Source of the DNA: the human T2T-CHM13v2.0 reference genome, Homo sapiens
Assembly (NCBI RefSeq): GCF_009914755.1
Contig: NC_060944.1
Direction: 5' to 3' (one strand)
Length of the DNA stretch: 64,000 nt
The first letter of the stretch is position 1, and each line of letters opens with the position of its first letter. Positions 46,500 to 59,039 of the stretch are shown here, in pieces. Under the pieces are notes generated by a model. That model was not told where the DNA came from. It did not search any database and was given only the letters and a program-made list of their open reading frames with translations. The translations under genes were made by a program, and so were the position numbers.

Positions 46500-46995
46500 G
46501 GGCATTGTTGTGAACACTTGCTTTTAACTGCCCAGTATCTACTTGCTCTTTATCTGTAACAGCTCCCTGATTTTTCCCTGGCACCATCCCTCTTCTGATC
46601 CCCAGGAAATGGCTCCAGGTATGGGCATGTGGTTCATGACCACAGTGGTTGGCTCAGAGATGGCCATATGATGCAATCCAGGCCAATGCATGTCAACCAC
46701 AGAGCTCTTAGGAACTACTGGTACCCACTGGAGCTGCTGGGCTGGTTAGATACAAGCCTGGGGCTGCTGAGAGCCATTTTTGCTATGACTTGGGGAGCTG
46801 CCTGAGAGGATGCCAACACAAAGGAAAAAAGGTCCAGGTGATGGAGGAAAACAGAAACCTTAGAACATAATTTGAGCAACTTGATTCAGCTGAGCCTGAA
46901 GGCGTGTACCCCTGGGCTTTTCAGTTACATAAGCCAATCAGTCCCTTCTGCCTTCCTCTTTTTTTGCTACGATCAGTTAGAATCAAGATTCTGGA
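46500..46995 (+). mobile_element. MaLR LTR (MLT1J/K-like)
   Basis: GGGCATGTG...CAGGCCAATG...TTTGAGCAACTTGATTCAGCTGAGCCTGAAG...CAGTTACATAAGCCAAT. Confidence 0.72.
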
Positions 46996-48459
46996 TTCAT
47001 CCAGGCATGGTAGGTGAAGGTGTTGGGTAAGCAAAGGCCCAGAAGCAGGAAAATGCAGAACAAGTTCTGGGATTTCCAATGAATAACCTGCAGTGGGAAG
47101 AGGCCAGTAAACTCACTTAAAGCCAGAACCTGGGGAGCTTTGAATGCCTTGCTAAGTCACTTTGACTTTATCCTAAGGGTAACAGGGAGCCATGGGAAAG
47201 GACCTGCCAGAGTTGGCAATGGTGTGGGGCAGTGGGAGTGAGGATTATTCTGGATATTAAGTCTGGTTCAGGGTTCTCCTGGGATCCAACTCCAGCCCAG
47301 AGTGCATGCAGTGGTGAGAGAGGGTGTCTTCCCTCAGCACCCGCAGCTTCCAGTCCCTCCTGACTGTCTTATAATAACAGTGTTTTCAATGCAGACCTTC
47401 TGGGTTCCCTGCCGCGAATCACTCAGCCACCCTTCCAGGGAGAAAACAAAAAGCAGTGTTTTTCCGTGTCTATTTTAGGCTGCTGCCTACATCTTTGTTC
47501 TTCGTGAGGAACACACACTCCCGGGGGGCCCTTTTCTCAGCTGTGGCCCAGCAGTCGGGTCTGGACCACCAGGCTGGGTTCCGTTATGGGAAAGAACCAG
47601 CAGATGTAATGGAATCATGCCAATTAGGCCAGGAGCTGCGTGGGGATGATGTTATCATTAAGTTCCAGAAGACGTGGAGGTGAGGGGGAAGGTAGCTCAT
47701 TCCCGTCCACATGGCTATCCCAGACGGACTGCCTTTTTTGATCTGTCCCCTTCGACTATCCTGAGCAGCTAGGAAGAGCCCACCCTTGCTATCCCCTGAG
47801 GGACAGAATTTAGAAGTCTGCATTGTATGAGACACTTGTGCTCATTTTACTGTTGGGCTGAAAGCAGAAGTAGAAATTCTATGGCAAATGGGTGGATCCA
47901 GCCCACCCATTTTACAGATGGTAAAACTGAGGCCTGAAGAGGAAGCATAGTTTGTTCAGGTTTATAGAACATTTGGTGGCAATCTATGACCAAAAAGACC
48001 AGAACATAAAATCTCAGAGGGCATGTACCTTATCTGTCTTGGTCAACATCGTGTCCCATCACAAAACATAGTACATGGCAAATAATAGGCCCTTGATATA
48101 CATTGGATGAATGAACAACATCTCTACTGCTGTTTTCAGCTTTCACAAAGAATTCTCTCACACATTCCCTCATTTCAACGTCATGATTGTCTTTGTAGCC
48201 AAGAATTGCTTTTGTCCTTATTTTGCAGGTGAGGAAATGGAAGTTAAGAGAGGCTTAGTTGCCTATCCGAGATCACACAGCCTAGGTAGAGACTGAATTT
48301 GAATCCATGTCATCTTGATGCAGGCTGGGGCATCACTTAAATTTTGGTAGAGGAAGAGACCTTGGAAATGTCCAGCTGGGAGGTAAAAGCCTTGGTCTAC
48401 AAGGACAACTCTGACTTTAATTATACTACAACATTTGGAGTGAGGGGAACAAGAAAGCA

Positions 48460-49048
48460 GGTCCTCAAAAATGTTCAAAAGAGTTACCATATGACCTAGC
48501 AAGTCCACTTCTAGGTATACATCCAAGAGAATTGAAAACCTATGTCTGTGCAAAAAATTATACATTCATAGCAGCTTTATTCATAATAACCAAAAAGTAG
48601 AGACACCCCAAATGTTCATCAACTGATGAAAGATAAATAAAATGTGGCCTATCCATACAATAAAGTAGTATTCATCCATAAAAAGGAACAAAAACGGATA
48701 CAAGCTGCACTGTGGGCGAGCCTTGAAAACATTTTGCTAAGTGAAAGAAGTTAGTCACAAAAGGCCCCATATTGTATGATTCCATTTATGAGAAATGTCC
48801 AGAATAGGTACACCTAACGAGACAGAAAGTATAGATTACTGGTTGCCAGGAGATGAGGGGAGGAAGGAATGGGGGGTGACTGTTAATGGGTACAGGGTTT
48901 CTTTTTGGGGTGATTAGAATGTTCTAAAATTAGATGTGATGATGGCTTCACAACTTTTTGAATATGCTAAAAACTATTGAATTATACATTTTAAATGGGT
49001 GAATTTTATGGCATTTGAATTATACCCCAATCAAACCCTTAAAAAAAA
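48460..49048 (+). mobile_element. Old L1 (L1MB-like) 3' end
   Basis: GAGTTACCATATGACCTAGCAAGTCCACTTCTAGGTATACATCCAAGAGAATTGAAAAC...ATTGTATGATTCCATTTA...TTGAATTATACATTTTAAATGGG. Confidence 0.9.
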
Positions 49049-50007
49049 TACCAAGAGGAGCATTTCCATGGCAAGGGAGTTTTAGAAGGGGGAACATACA
49101 AATGAGGAAGGGTCCCCAGCATGGACAGCTCCATGCTGTCTTCTTGGATGTCCCAGGAAGAATTTCAAGAAAGTATTTCAACCCCCAGCTCCAAGGATTC
49201 ACCTGAGGGCTTGTTCCTATGGAGTTGAGAATCTGTAGGATACCTCCTCCAGGTAACTCTCCCAGATATCCCAACCACAGACAAGAAAATGAACTCATGA
49301 TAACTGGGCACCACTCAGTGCCCTGGTGCTCTGCTTGTGATATCTCACTGAAGCCATGCAACAACCTTGCTGAATGTGAGGTAGTACCATCACCCTTGTT
49401 ATCCAGGTGAAGAAATGGAAGCTCACAGAGATAAAATGACTTGTCTGGGGTCACACAGCTTTTGGCTCTCTCAGCTACATCATAGTGCGTGGGACACACC
49501 CAGAGTAAGGCCTGAGGCCACTTTCCGAGGGAACCCAAGCAAGTTCCTTGACACTGTGGGCCTTAGTTTCCCCATCTGTTCCATTAAATCCCAGCTTACT
49601 CCTTCATTGTCCTGGTGGGGGCTTCAGCCAGAGCATCACCACCTGCCTCTGATATAATGGTGCTTCACATTTCATCAGATTTCATGTGAACAAAGCCAAA
49701 CATCTTTTCTCAGTGCCTCACCTGCCCAGGGATCCTAGTCCACATCTATGCTGTTTTTCTCCACTCTGTCCTTCCAGTGCTTGGCACGCTGTGCCACTTC
49801 TCAAAAAACCCTGATGTTGCCTGCCATTGGGTTCAAGGCAGATGATGTGATTTCACAGGCTTTCTTCTTCAGCACTAAATAAGGTGCTTTTGTGGGGCCC
49901 TTCCTTTACTTCTGATGCTTTAGGTTCAACTTTGGAGTTTGTAGACTTGCAGAGAATTTTCCATCAAAGCGTACAGGCAGAGATGCAAACACACACCCTT
50001 TTATATC

Positions 50008-50285
50008 TCCATCCATCCATCCATTCATTCACCCATCAATCCATTTACTCATCCATCCATCCATCCATCCATCCATCCATCATCCATCCATCCACTCATC
50101 CACCCATCCATTTATCCATCCATCCATCCACTCATCTACACATCCAATTGCCCATCCATCCACCTACTAATCCATCCATTCATCCACTCATTCATCCATC
50201 CACTCATGCATCCATTAAATCATATATTCATCTACTCATCTATCTACCCATTCATTTATTTTCCCATTTCCTTTATTCATTCATT
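50008..50285 (+). repeat. Degenerate (TCCA)n array merging into an L2 tail
   Basis: About 280 bp of CATC/CATT units followed by a reverse L2 (50270-50560). Confidence 0.9.
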
Positions 50286-50571
50286 AATTCAATAAATATT
50301 TACCAAAAGCCGACTATATGCCAGGCACCATGTTGGCCAATGGATACAGTGGAAGAAAAGACAAAATGAGGTTCTTCTCCTCATGGAGCTCACAGTCCAC
50401 TGAAGGAAGATAGGCCTCAATAGACACACAAAATGTAAGCATAAATTGGGATGAATGCTACCAAAACAAAGTCCAGAATGATAAAGATGCCTAATTTCCA
50501 TTGGGAGATGGAGGAGGCTTTTCTGAGAAAGTTGACATTTAAGATGAGATCTGAAGTATGATTTATGATTT

Positions 50572-50890
50572 ATCAGTTAGGAATGCTCTTGGTTTAAGAA
50601 GTAGAAAATGCTAACCAAAAGAGGCTCCAGCAGTTAGGGTTATGATCCCACATAACCAAAAGTCCTGAAATAGGGTTACCCCATCACTGAGGGACTTGAC
50701 AACATAGTTAAATATCCAGACTCTCTACCATCTACTCTACCACCCTCAGAGGACTGGCTTCATTCCCAGGCTGGCTTACTTCATGGACACAAGATAGCTG
50801 CCTCTGCTCTGGCCATCAGGTGAAGACATGCCCACATTCATACTCAGACCATCACGAGCAAAAGGAATGGGGCCACCATGATTGTCTCAG
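50572..50890 (-). mobile_element. MaLR LTR (MLT1J/K-like), antisense
   Basis: TATCAGTTAGGAATGCT...AGAAAATGCTAAC...CATGGACACAAGATAGCTGCC. Confidence 0.55.
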
Positions 50891-50894
50891 ATCA

Positions 50895-51087
50895 GCTGTT
50901 TGCAACTGGCCCTGATTTTGCACCCCAGGGGACGTTTAGAAACATTTTCAGTGGCATAATTATGTGTGTGTTTTGGGGGCATTGCTACTGGCATCTTGTG
51001 GGTAGAGGCCAGGGATGTTGCTAGGCATCCTACAGTGCACAGTACAGACCCCATGAGAGATAATTATTCAGATGTCAATAGTGCCTG
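50895..51087 (+). mobile_element. MER20-like
   Basis: GATTTTGCACCCCAGGGGACGTTT...GCTACTGGCATCTTGTGGGTAGAGGCCAGGGATGTTGCTA...CCTACAGTGCACAG. Confidence 0.78.
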
Positions 51088-51869
51088 CTTTAGACCAGTT
51101 AGAACAAAATCCTGAGTCATGGGGCACACAGTAGAAAGGCGTAGGGGAATTGCTTAAGAAAGCTTTCCTGGATGATGTAACAGCTCAACTGAGTCTTGAA
51201 AGATGGACACTGGTTAATAAATCCAGGTAATAACCAGCTGGCCACGTGGATGAGCAAAAACGCAGCCCTTCCCTCTTTTCTGCCTCTTCTAGTCGATGTG
51301 AGCCCCATATGGTCAGGGACCTCACCTGACCCATTCACTTCTCCATCCCCATTCCCATTTGATGCCCATTACCATAGTTGTTCAACACATTGTTGTCAAA
51401 GAATGAGGGACTAAAATGGGGAGAAACCCTCTCTGGAGGCTGAAGCCCCAACTTTGAAAATTCCTGGGAGTCACACAGAGTGAATGTTGGGGGCAATGAC
51501 TCTGGAATAAGTATAGGAGGATATCAGTCAACATGAGGAAACCCCAAGAAAACATTTGGTTCAGTCCTATCATTGTACAGATGGGGAGACTAAGACACAC
51601 AAAAGGGGAGAAAATGGTTCAAGGTCACTCAGAAAGGGGGTCAGACACAGCCAGAACCCATGTGCCCCTTTCTTAACCCGTGATCAACAGCAGCTGGTGG
51701 ATCCTGAACAATTGTTTAGAGACTCACGGTCCAGCTGAACACAGTTCCGAGTTCCTGAATTTGGGCGTTTCCCACCTCTTATCTCCTTAGAAAGCTTTCT
51801 TCCTGGATTCACTTACCTTGGGACCCCAGAAGGATGCTGAGTGGGGCCACCTTCTGTGAGTGTGTACTC

Positions 51870-52170
51870 TGCTCAGATGGCAAAATGGCTACCAAACTGC
51901 CCAACCCAAATGGCCGGTTCATGGACACGTTTTGTTTGGTCCATGTTTGTTTAATTCTTAAAAAAAAATTATTATTTGCATTCTTTGCCAACAATAAAAA
52001 TAATTGGGACAGTGTGCCTTAATCCAAATTTCCCACTTCTCTTCGGTAATCAGAAGGTTTGACAGCATTGTGCCCATTTTTCTGCATGGCAGCTATTTAC
52101 AGGAGTTGGGCAGTGGCTGCTCCTTTTGTCAGGATACAAGTGCCCCATTTCATCCCAGTGCCCTCCTGGC
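51870..52170 (+). mobile_element. hAT-Charlie relic (MER102/Charlie4-like)
   Basis: GACACGTTTTGTTTGGTCC...TTTGCCAACAAT...AATCCAAATTTCCCACTTCTCTT...GCATGGCAGC. Confidence 0.58.
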
Positions 52171-52294
52171 TATATCACTCTTGTACAGGGCTGCCTGGCC
52201 CCAGCCCAGCTGATGGGACACAGGCGTGAGTAGTGAGGCCATGCAGGGACCACAAGCAGGACACTCTCCCTCTCTCTTGGAAGGAAGCACCTTG

Positions 52295-52308
52295 GTTACC
52301 ATAGCAAC
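52295..52308. promoter_or_regulatory. Candidate RFX X-box (near-perfect)
   Basis: GTTACCATAGCAAC fits GTNRCC-AT-RGYAAC exactly. Confidence 0.6.
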
Positions 52309-52944
52309 ATGCTGCTGTTTGTAACACATCTTCCACCTGAAAAGGAGAGGAGATGACAAGTACATCTCTCTTCTCAGCCCAGGCAACATCAGCTCCTGGC
52401 ACCCCCCAAAACCTAAGAGCGAGAAGGGGGAGTGTGATCTGTCTTCTCCAATCTGGGCCCCAAATGCAGATGCCCCAAACACCCCCATTTGTTCAACCAA
52501 CCCAGAGATGAGGCGTTGGGAGGGGTTGATTTAGATTCCATCTTATATAAAAAGACCAGAACATTTTTGATTAGTGATGGAGGAAGGTGTGGGAGTCTGA
52601 GACAGTGCTTTGTTTCTGGGCAAATGTACACATTCCCTGATGCCTCTCTTCTCTCCACGTCCTCTAAAGTAGAAGCATAGACTCCCTCTCCTTACTACTC
52701 CTCACAGCCAAATTCCCCTCAGCCAGGACCCCAGACCTTTCCCAATACCCAGGAGCCCCTAGGGCAGCAGGCCTGTTTCTAGGCTACCTACAGAACCTGA
52801 AGGAAATAAGGGAATGAAATAAGAGAATCAGCCAGAAATAAGGCAGGGCACCGTGCGGTATTTTCCTTTGAAACTAAGAGGCTGAGAGCTGGAACAGCAG
52901 CAGAAATCAGAAGAAATCTCATTGAGAAAAGAGGCACAGAGAGG

Positions 52945-53150
52945 AGTGCCAATTAGCACCCAGGTCCCCTCCTGGGAGTGTCAATCCATAAATATTAATA
53001 ACCGTAATCATCCAGTATTAGTTATAATGCCTTGTAAATTAAGGTCATTTTCCGTGGAGTAAATAGCTGCGTTAATGGCAGCAAAAGGTAACGGCGTTGC
53101 TGGCTGCATGCCAGTTGATGCCTGCCAGGATGACAGTATAAATCAGGAAG
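52945..53150. promoter_or_regulatory. Candidate homeodomain/TALE enhancer module
   Basis: Repeat-free AT-rich island with TGTCAATC, CCATAAA, several TAAT, GTAAATA, AAGGTCA and TGACAG-T-ATAAATCA. Confidence 0.45.
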
Positions 53151-54324
53151 GACACGTCCAATCTGTGAAGACAGGCAGTGGCATGGGGGCAGGTGGAGTG
53201 ACGGGGCAGAGTGTGGCCGCAGACACACATCCCACGCAAGGCCCTTGGGCCGATCTGATCTAACAGGGACCTGCTTTAGACAGGTGATGTCTGGGGCAGA
53301 TGAAGCTCCCAGGGTCACTAGGTGTAGGTAGGAGGGGAGAGAAGGGGCCGGGTGGGTAGGGAGAGGGTGTCTCAGAGGGAGGTGGCACCAAGACTTCAGA
53401 CACTTGGGTTAAGAGCAGAGGGCCACGCTTTGAGCTGCTGCCTGTGGCATTTCACTGCAGACCTTGGCGCCTTTGCTAAGCGACACAGACATTCTCTTCT
53501 TCCTCTACCTCCTTTCCCTCCTCTCCATCTTCCTTCTCTTCCTCTCCTCTCCTCCTGCCAGGGCTGACTTCTCCATTAGGCCCAATAGACACAGCCTGGG
53601 GTTCACACTACCTCTAGGGCCCCTTCTCCAATGTTTTAATTTCTTTTATAATTAGAAGAAAAAAAGAACTTTCAGCAGGAAGAAAATGTTGTAATACTGT
53701 ATGTGATATTAATATATTCATCTTTATACCAATGTAGCCATAATATAGCATGTTTGTTTTTTTTTCATGGAGAGAGGCCTAAGTGCCCGGGGGCCACAAA
53801 ATTCATCACATGGCCCTACTTTCTGCTCCCCACCCCTCCTCCCACTAACCACGGGGCCCTAAGCAATTAGCATTGCCTTATGGAGTCTCGGTTTCATCCT
53901 TTGCAAATGGGCTAATAATGGTGATGCCTTCCCAAGCAGGATGAAGTAAAATAATATTAGAAAAAGCTTTGGCCACAAAGTGGTGTTTGCCTCCTTTTCA
54001 GGAGGCTCTGGGATCCTGGGAGTTAGGCGGGTGATGTATTTGAAAATCTCAGTGGATGGAGTCCCTGGTAATGCTCCCTATGGGCTCCCCAAGCTAAATG
54101 CACCGTCAGACCCTTCTCTCGGGTCTGACCCATCATCTTCCTGGGCTCCCTGGTTTCTCTAAAGAGCAAATGCTTTTCTTGACCCTCTGAGAAAACTCAC
54201 AAGGCACTTGAGTATACTAGATGGATCAAATAATGCCTTTAAATTCCAACGGAAAGAAAGCAGCCATTATGACGGGCTCCAGCAAGGGGAGGGAGTTGGG
54301 GGCCTCCTTGTTCCTTTACTGCTG

Positions 54325-54497
54325 GGACTGGACACACTGGGGTTTGCAATACCCAGTGCAGATGAAAATGTGGGGACCCTTGTTCAAAAACTATGGATTT
54401 CATGACAGTGACAGCAGAGCCTCTAACAAAGTGTGGGGCCCTTCTGAGAGGGGCGTCTGGTACTACTGCACTGGTTGCACACCCGTGACAAAGCCTG
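54325..54497 (-). mobile_element. MER45A-like hAT-Tip100 element
   Basis: CCCAGTGCAGATGAAAATGTGGGGACCCTTGTTCAAAAA...GACAGCAGAGC...GGGGCCCTTCTGAG...ACTGCACTGGTTGCAC; reverse of MER45A. Confidence 0.78.
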
Positions 54498-55480
54498 TTG
54501 TTAGCTTGCAGCTGGGAGGACGGGTGTGGCAGTGGCCGGGGAGGGGACAGCAGTGATGATGATGCTGTTTGATTTCCCCCAACTCCACCTTCACCTAGTA
54601 CAGTGCCTGGCATGTTGTAGGTGCCTAAGAAGTTCTAGTTCATTCTCTCATTCCCCTAACACAGGGCCCACCATGGCAGATGAGGCCTGTCCCCACCAGG
54701 GTGGAAGCTGGATCACTGGGCCCGGCTTGGCACCTGGTAACGATCCCTCTCCAGGGGGCTGTGCCCTGGATCCTCTCTCTCCTCCCTCCTCCACCTTCCC
54801 CCAGAAAGAGTGATCCTTTATTTTACTCCTGGCCTATGGTTTTTGTGTTGGCAGAAGTGGAGGTGCTTATGGCCAGCATAGCCTCCAAACTAAACACTGC
54901 AGAAGTATTGAGTATTATTATTATTTTTATTATCTAAATTTGCAAACTCTGCCCCCTCCTATTACTCAGCTCCTTCCTTTTCTTCTTTACTTTTCTTCAC
55001 TGCCCTTGTCCCCTCCTGATATTATAGTGCATATCTATCTGCTTGTGTGCTATCTGTCTCCCAGACCGAAGGGTGGACTCCACGAGGACAGGGACTTTGT
55101 CTTATTCACTCTGGAACCCCAGAGTTAGCACAGGGCTCAGCACATCAAAGACACTCAATAGGTATTTGTAGAATGTACACACAAATCTTGGAAAGGTGGG
55201 CAGGGATGCTGTGTGTCCTGGGGCCAGGAAGCCACCTCTCTGAGTCTCCCTTTCCTCACCTGTAAAAAAGAGGTAACAGCAGCTCTTGCAAAGGCTGAGG
55301 AGCAGATGAAAGGAGGCCACACCCTGCAAAGGCACTGTGAGCTGGTGAGGGAGTGCAGCGATATCACAGTTCCTAGAGCCCGGCCTGCAAATCTGGCCAC
55401 AGCTGCCAGTCAACAGCCCAGGCTCGGCTAAGGTGCCATAACTTGGTGCCCACCTTGGATTTTCACACCCAGCTGGCTAC

Positions 55481-55499
55481 TGGCCACCAGATGGCATAG
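55481..55499 (+). promoter_or_regulatory. Candidate CTCF site
   Basis: TGGCCACCAGATGGCATAG closely follows the CTCF matrix consensus. Confidence 0.6.
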
Positions 55500-55702
55500 A
55501 AGGTTAGTCCAACCACCTGGCCTGACCTGGGAGGCTGCCCAGCCTCAGAGAGCATCCTTCCTAGCGATCACCTGGGCTCTAGACCTCAGCCTGGTCCTGG
55601 CCTGGAGGGCGGTGGAGGGGGCTCAGCCATTCAGACTGCTGTGTGGACTCTCACCTGACAGCATGTCATTCAATCCACTCTGTCAAGAAATACTATGATA
55701 AC

Positions 55703-56492
55703 AATCAGGGAAATGCAAGCCAAAATCACAGTGAAATACCACTTCACACCCACTAGGATGGCTAGAATAAAAAAGACAGAACAAGTGCTGGCAAGGATGT
55801 AGAGGGACTGGAACCCTCATATATAGCTGGAGGAAATGTAAAATGGCAAAATCACTTTGGAAAACAGTCTGGGAGTTCCTCTAAAGGTTAAACATAGAAT
55901 TACCATATGATCCAGCAATTCCACTTCTAGGTACATACCAAGAGAAAGAAAAACATATGTCCACATAAAAATTTGTGCACAAATGTTCATAGCAGCATTA
56001 TTCATGATAGCCCAAAGTGGAAACAACTCAAATGTCCATCAGCTGATGAATGGATAAACAAAATGTGGTATATCCACATAATGGAAGCTTATTCAGCCAT
56101 AAAAAGGAATGAAGTACTGACGCATGCTGCAACATGGATATAAAATCTTGAAAACATTATGCTGAGCAAAAGAAGCCAGACACAAAAGGTCACTTATTGT
56201 GTGATTTCATTTACATGAAGTGTCCAGAATAGGGCAATGTAGAGAGATAACAATTAGGTTAGTGGCTGCCCAGGGCTGGGATGGAGGTGGGGAGAGATGG
56301 AGAGTGACTACTAAGGGGTAGGAGTTTCTTCTTGGGATGATAAAAATGTTCCGAAATTGATTATGATGATGGTTGCACCACTCTGTGTATGTACTAAAAA
56401 CCATCGAATTGTACACTTTAATGGGGGTAAATTGTAGCTTTAATTTAATGGGTAAATTGTACATCTCAATAATATCTCAATAAAGCTGTTAT
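55703..56492 (+). mobile_element. Old L1 (L1MB-like) ORF2 end and 3' UTR
   Basis: ATCAGGGAAATGCAA...ATACCACTTCACACCCACTAGGATGGCT...GATCCAGCAATTCCACTTCTAGG...CTCAATAAAGCTG. Confidence 0.92.
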
Positions 56493-56699
56493 ATGTATAT
56501 GTGTGTATGGATTTGAATAAAATGCATTTGTAAGGCATCTAATATGAGCCAAGTGAAGAGCACAAAATCTCTGCTTGCTCAGGAAGCTAACCATGAAGAG
56601 ACAGAGGAACAGATACAAGTGCAATTTGACTCGAAATATGAAAAGCGCAATTTGACTTTAAGAAAAATAAAGCGGGCTGGGTTAGGGTTGGCCAGGACT

Positions 56700-57195
56700 G
56701 GAGTTGCTTTAGATGGAGGAGAGGCACTGTGGTCCAAGGAAGACACACTGAGGAGGTAGCTTTTGAACAGAGACTTGAATGAAGAGATTGGGTGGGGTGG
56801 GGCACAGAAATTGGGTGGAAGAGTATTTGCAACAGGAGAAATAGCAAGTGCAAAGGCCCTGGGGTGGGAGCACTGAGCCAGAGGAAGCTAAGAGGTAAGG
56901 AGGGAGAACTGATGGGGGCTGGACCCTGGAGGGCCAGGGAGGTTCTGCCGAGACCCATGGCTTGGTTCTGAGTGAAGTGGGAGCCGTGGAGGGCTTTGAG
57001 CAGAAGAGGGACATGCTCTGACTTAGGTTTGCACCAAATCTCTCTGGCTGTGAGTGGAGAATGGACTGTGGGGTGGATGTGGGCAGGATGGAAGCTGGGA
57101 GACCAGTGACTAGGCTACTGAAATAGACCAGGTGAGAGACGAAGGGGGCTCGGCCAGGGGGTGGAGGCGGAGGTGTGAAGTGGTCAGATGCTAGT
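56700..57195 (-). mobile_element. L2
   Basis: GCAAGTGCAAAGGCCCTG...GGGAGCCGTGGAGGGCTTTGAGCAG...GGAAGCTGGGAGACCAGTG. Confidence 0.8.
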
Positions 57196-57619
57196 TGTGG
57201 ACTAGCAATTCTATCCATGGAACCTCCACTTGCAGGGATTTTTATTGCCATTTAACTTGACCCAGATGTCAGCTGAGATCAAAAGCTTCCTACCTGATGA
57301 ACAGTCTTTGAATGCCTCCCAATCGCCAAGGTCAATCACAGCCCCTCCCCAGAACGCTATAAATGCCGGGGTCCTTGCTTCTTCTGTCCCTTGGGTTCAA
57401 ATGTCCTGAATCCATCTGGATGCTGTCTCAGCCTCTGCCACCGATTTCCATGAGAAACTCAACCCATCAAACATGTTATCATTCTGGCAGACTTAACAGA
57501 AGAGTCAATAGTAGTAAACACCTTGTAAGATTCTTCTCCAGGTTAGATGAGTTAATGTATGTAAAAGCACTTAGAACAGTGCCTGGCACATGGTTGGCAC
57601 TCAATGAATGTTCACTCCT

Positions 57620-57986
57620 ATTATTTATTTATTTTCATTTTAGATTCAGGGGGTACATGTGCAGGTTTGTTACACGGGTATATTTTGTGATGCGGAGGTT
57701 TGGGCTTCTAACGATCCCATCACCCAAGCAGTGAACGTGGTACCCAACAGGTAGTTTTTCAATCCTTTTCCCCCTCTCCCTCCCCTCCTTCCCCTTTTCT
57801 GGACTTCCCAGTGCTTATCGTTCCCATCTTTGTGTCCGTATGTACCCAATGTTCAGCTCTCACTTATAAGTGAGAACATGTGGTATTTGGGTTTCCGTTT
57901 CTGCATTAATACACTTGGGATAATGGCCTCCAGCTGCATCCATGTTGCTGCAAAGGATGTAATCTCGTTCTTTTTTATGGCTGCAG
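57620..57986 (-). mobile_element. L1PA15/16-like 3' end
   Basis: TTTTAGATTCAGGGGGTACATGTGCAGGTTTGTTAC...CACTTATAAGTGAGAACATG...GGCCTCCAGCTGCATCCATGTTGCTGCAAAGGA. Confidence 0.88.
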
Positions 57987-57995
57987 ATTGTTATT

Positions 57996-58309
57996 CTTTT
58001 AGAGACAGGATCTCGCTCTGTCACCCAGGCTGGAGTGCAGTGGTGCGATCATAGCTCACGGCAGCCTTGAACTCCTGAGCCCAATCCATCCTCCCGCCTC
58101 AGCCTCCTGAGTAGCTGGGACTACAGGAACGCACCACCACACCAGACTAATTTTTAAGTTTTTGTTTGTTTGTTTGTTTTTGTTTTTTTTTAGAGACAGA
58201 GTCTTGTGATATTGCCCAGGCTGGTCTTGAACTCCTGGCTTCAAGTAATCCTCCCGCTTCAGTCTCCCAAAGTGCTGGGCTTACAGGTGAGAGCCACCGT
58301 GCCCCGTCC
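57996..58309 (-). mobile_element. AluJ
   Basis: ATCATAGCTCACGGCAGCCTTGAACTCCTGAGC J-type; (TTTG)n linker. Confidence 0.92.
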
Positions 58310-58656
58310 TGGCTTCTGTTATTATCACGTGGCTAGCGTAAGGGGTGTTGGGTAGGTAGCTCCCTTTCTGGGAAACATTGGCCCCATCCACCCACATCCG
58401 ATGGGGCTCTCCCATTTCAACAGGTCTTAAGAAGCCATCTCCTCAACAAAAGTGGGCCCCTGGGAGGAATTCTCCTGACAGCCACTAAAACAGTATGCTT
58501 GACCTGCATCTCATAACGCATCCAGGAGGAAATGAAAGCACAGACAGCTGGAGAACCAGGCCCAAGGTCACAAAACTTAGGTGTAGCAGAGCTGAGAATT
58601 CAATGTGCATTTGATGCTAAGCCAGGTGATAAAAGAAGGAAAGCCAGTTTTATTGA

Positions 58657-59019
<363 letters not shown>

Positions 59020-59039
59020 TGCATTGAGTTTTTAAAAAT

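Noticed and set aside
47468-47480. MEF2-like CTATTTTAG
   Set aside because: One base short of the YTA(W)4TAR spacing.
49884-50369. 161-aa His/Pro/Ser/Ile-rich ORF
   Set aside because: Read-through of the (TCCA)n array.
51781-51861. Possible small exon: plus-strand acceptor CCTTAG to donor GTGAGT (65 nt), and a perfect minus-strand donor AAG/GTAAGT at 51811-51819
   Set aside because: About one such consensus donor is expected by chance per strand in 64 kb; no partner exon or coding signal. Needs RNA-seq.
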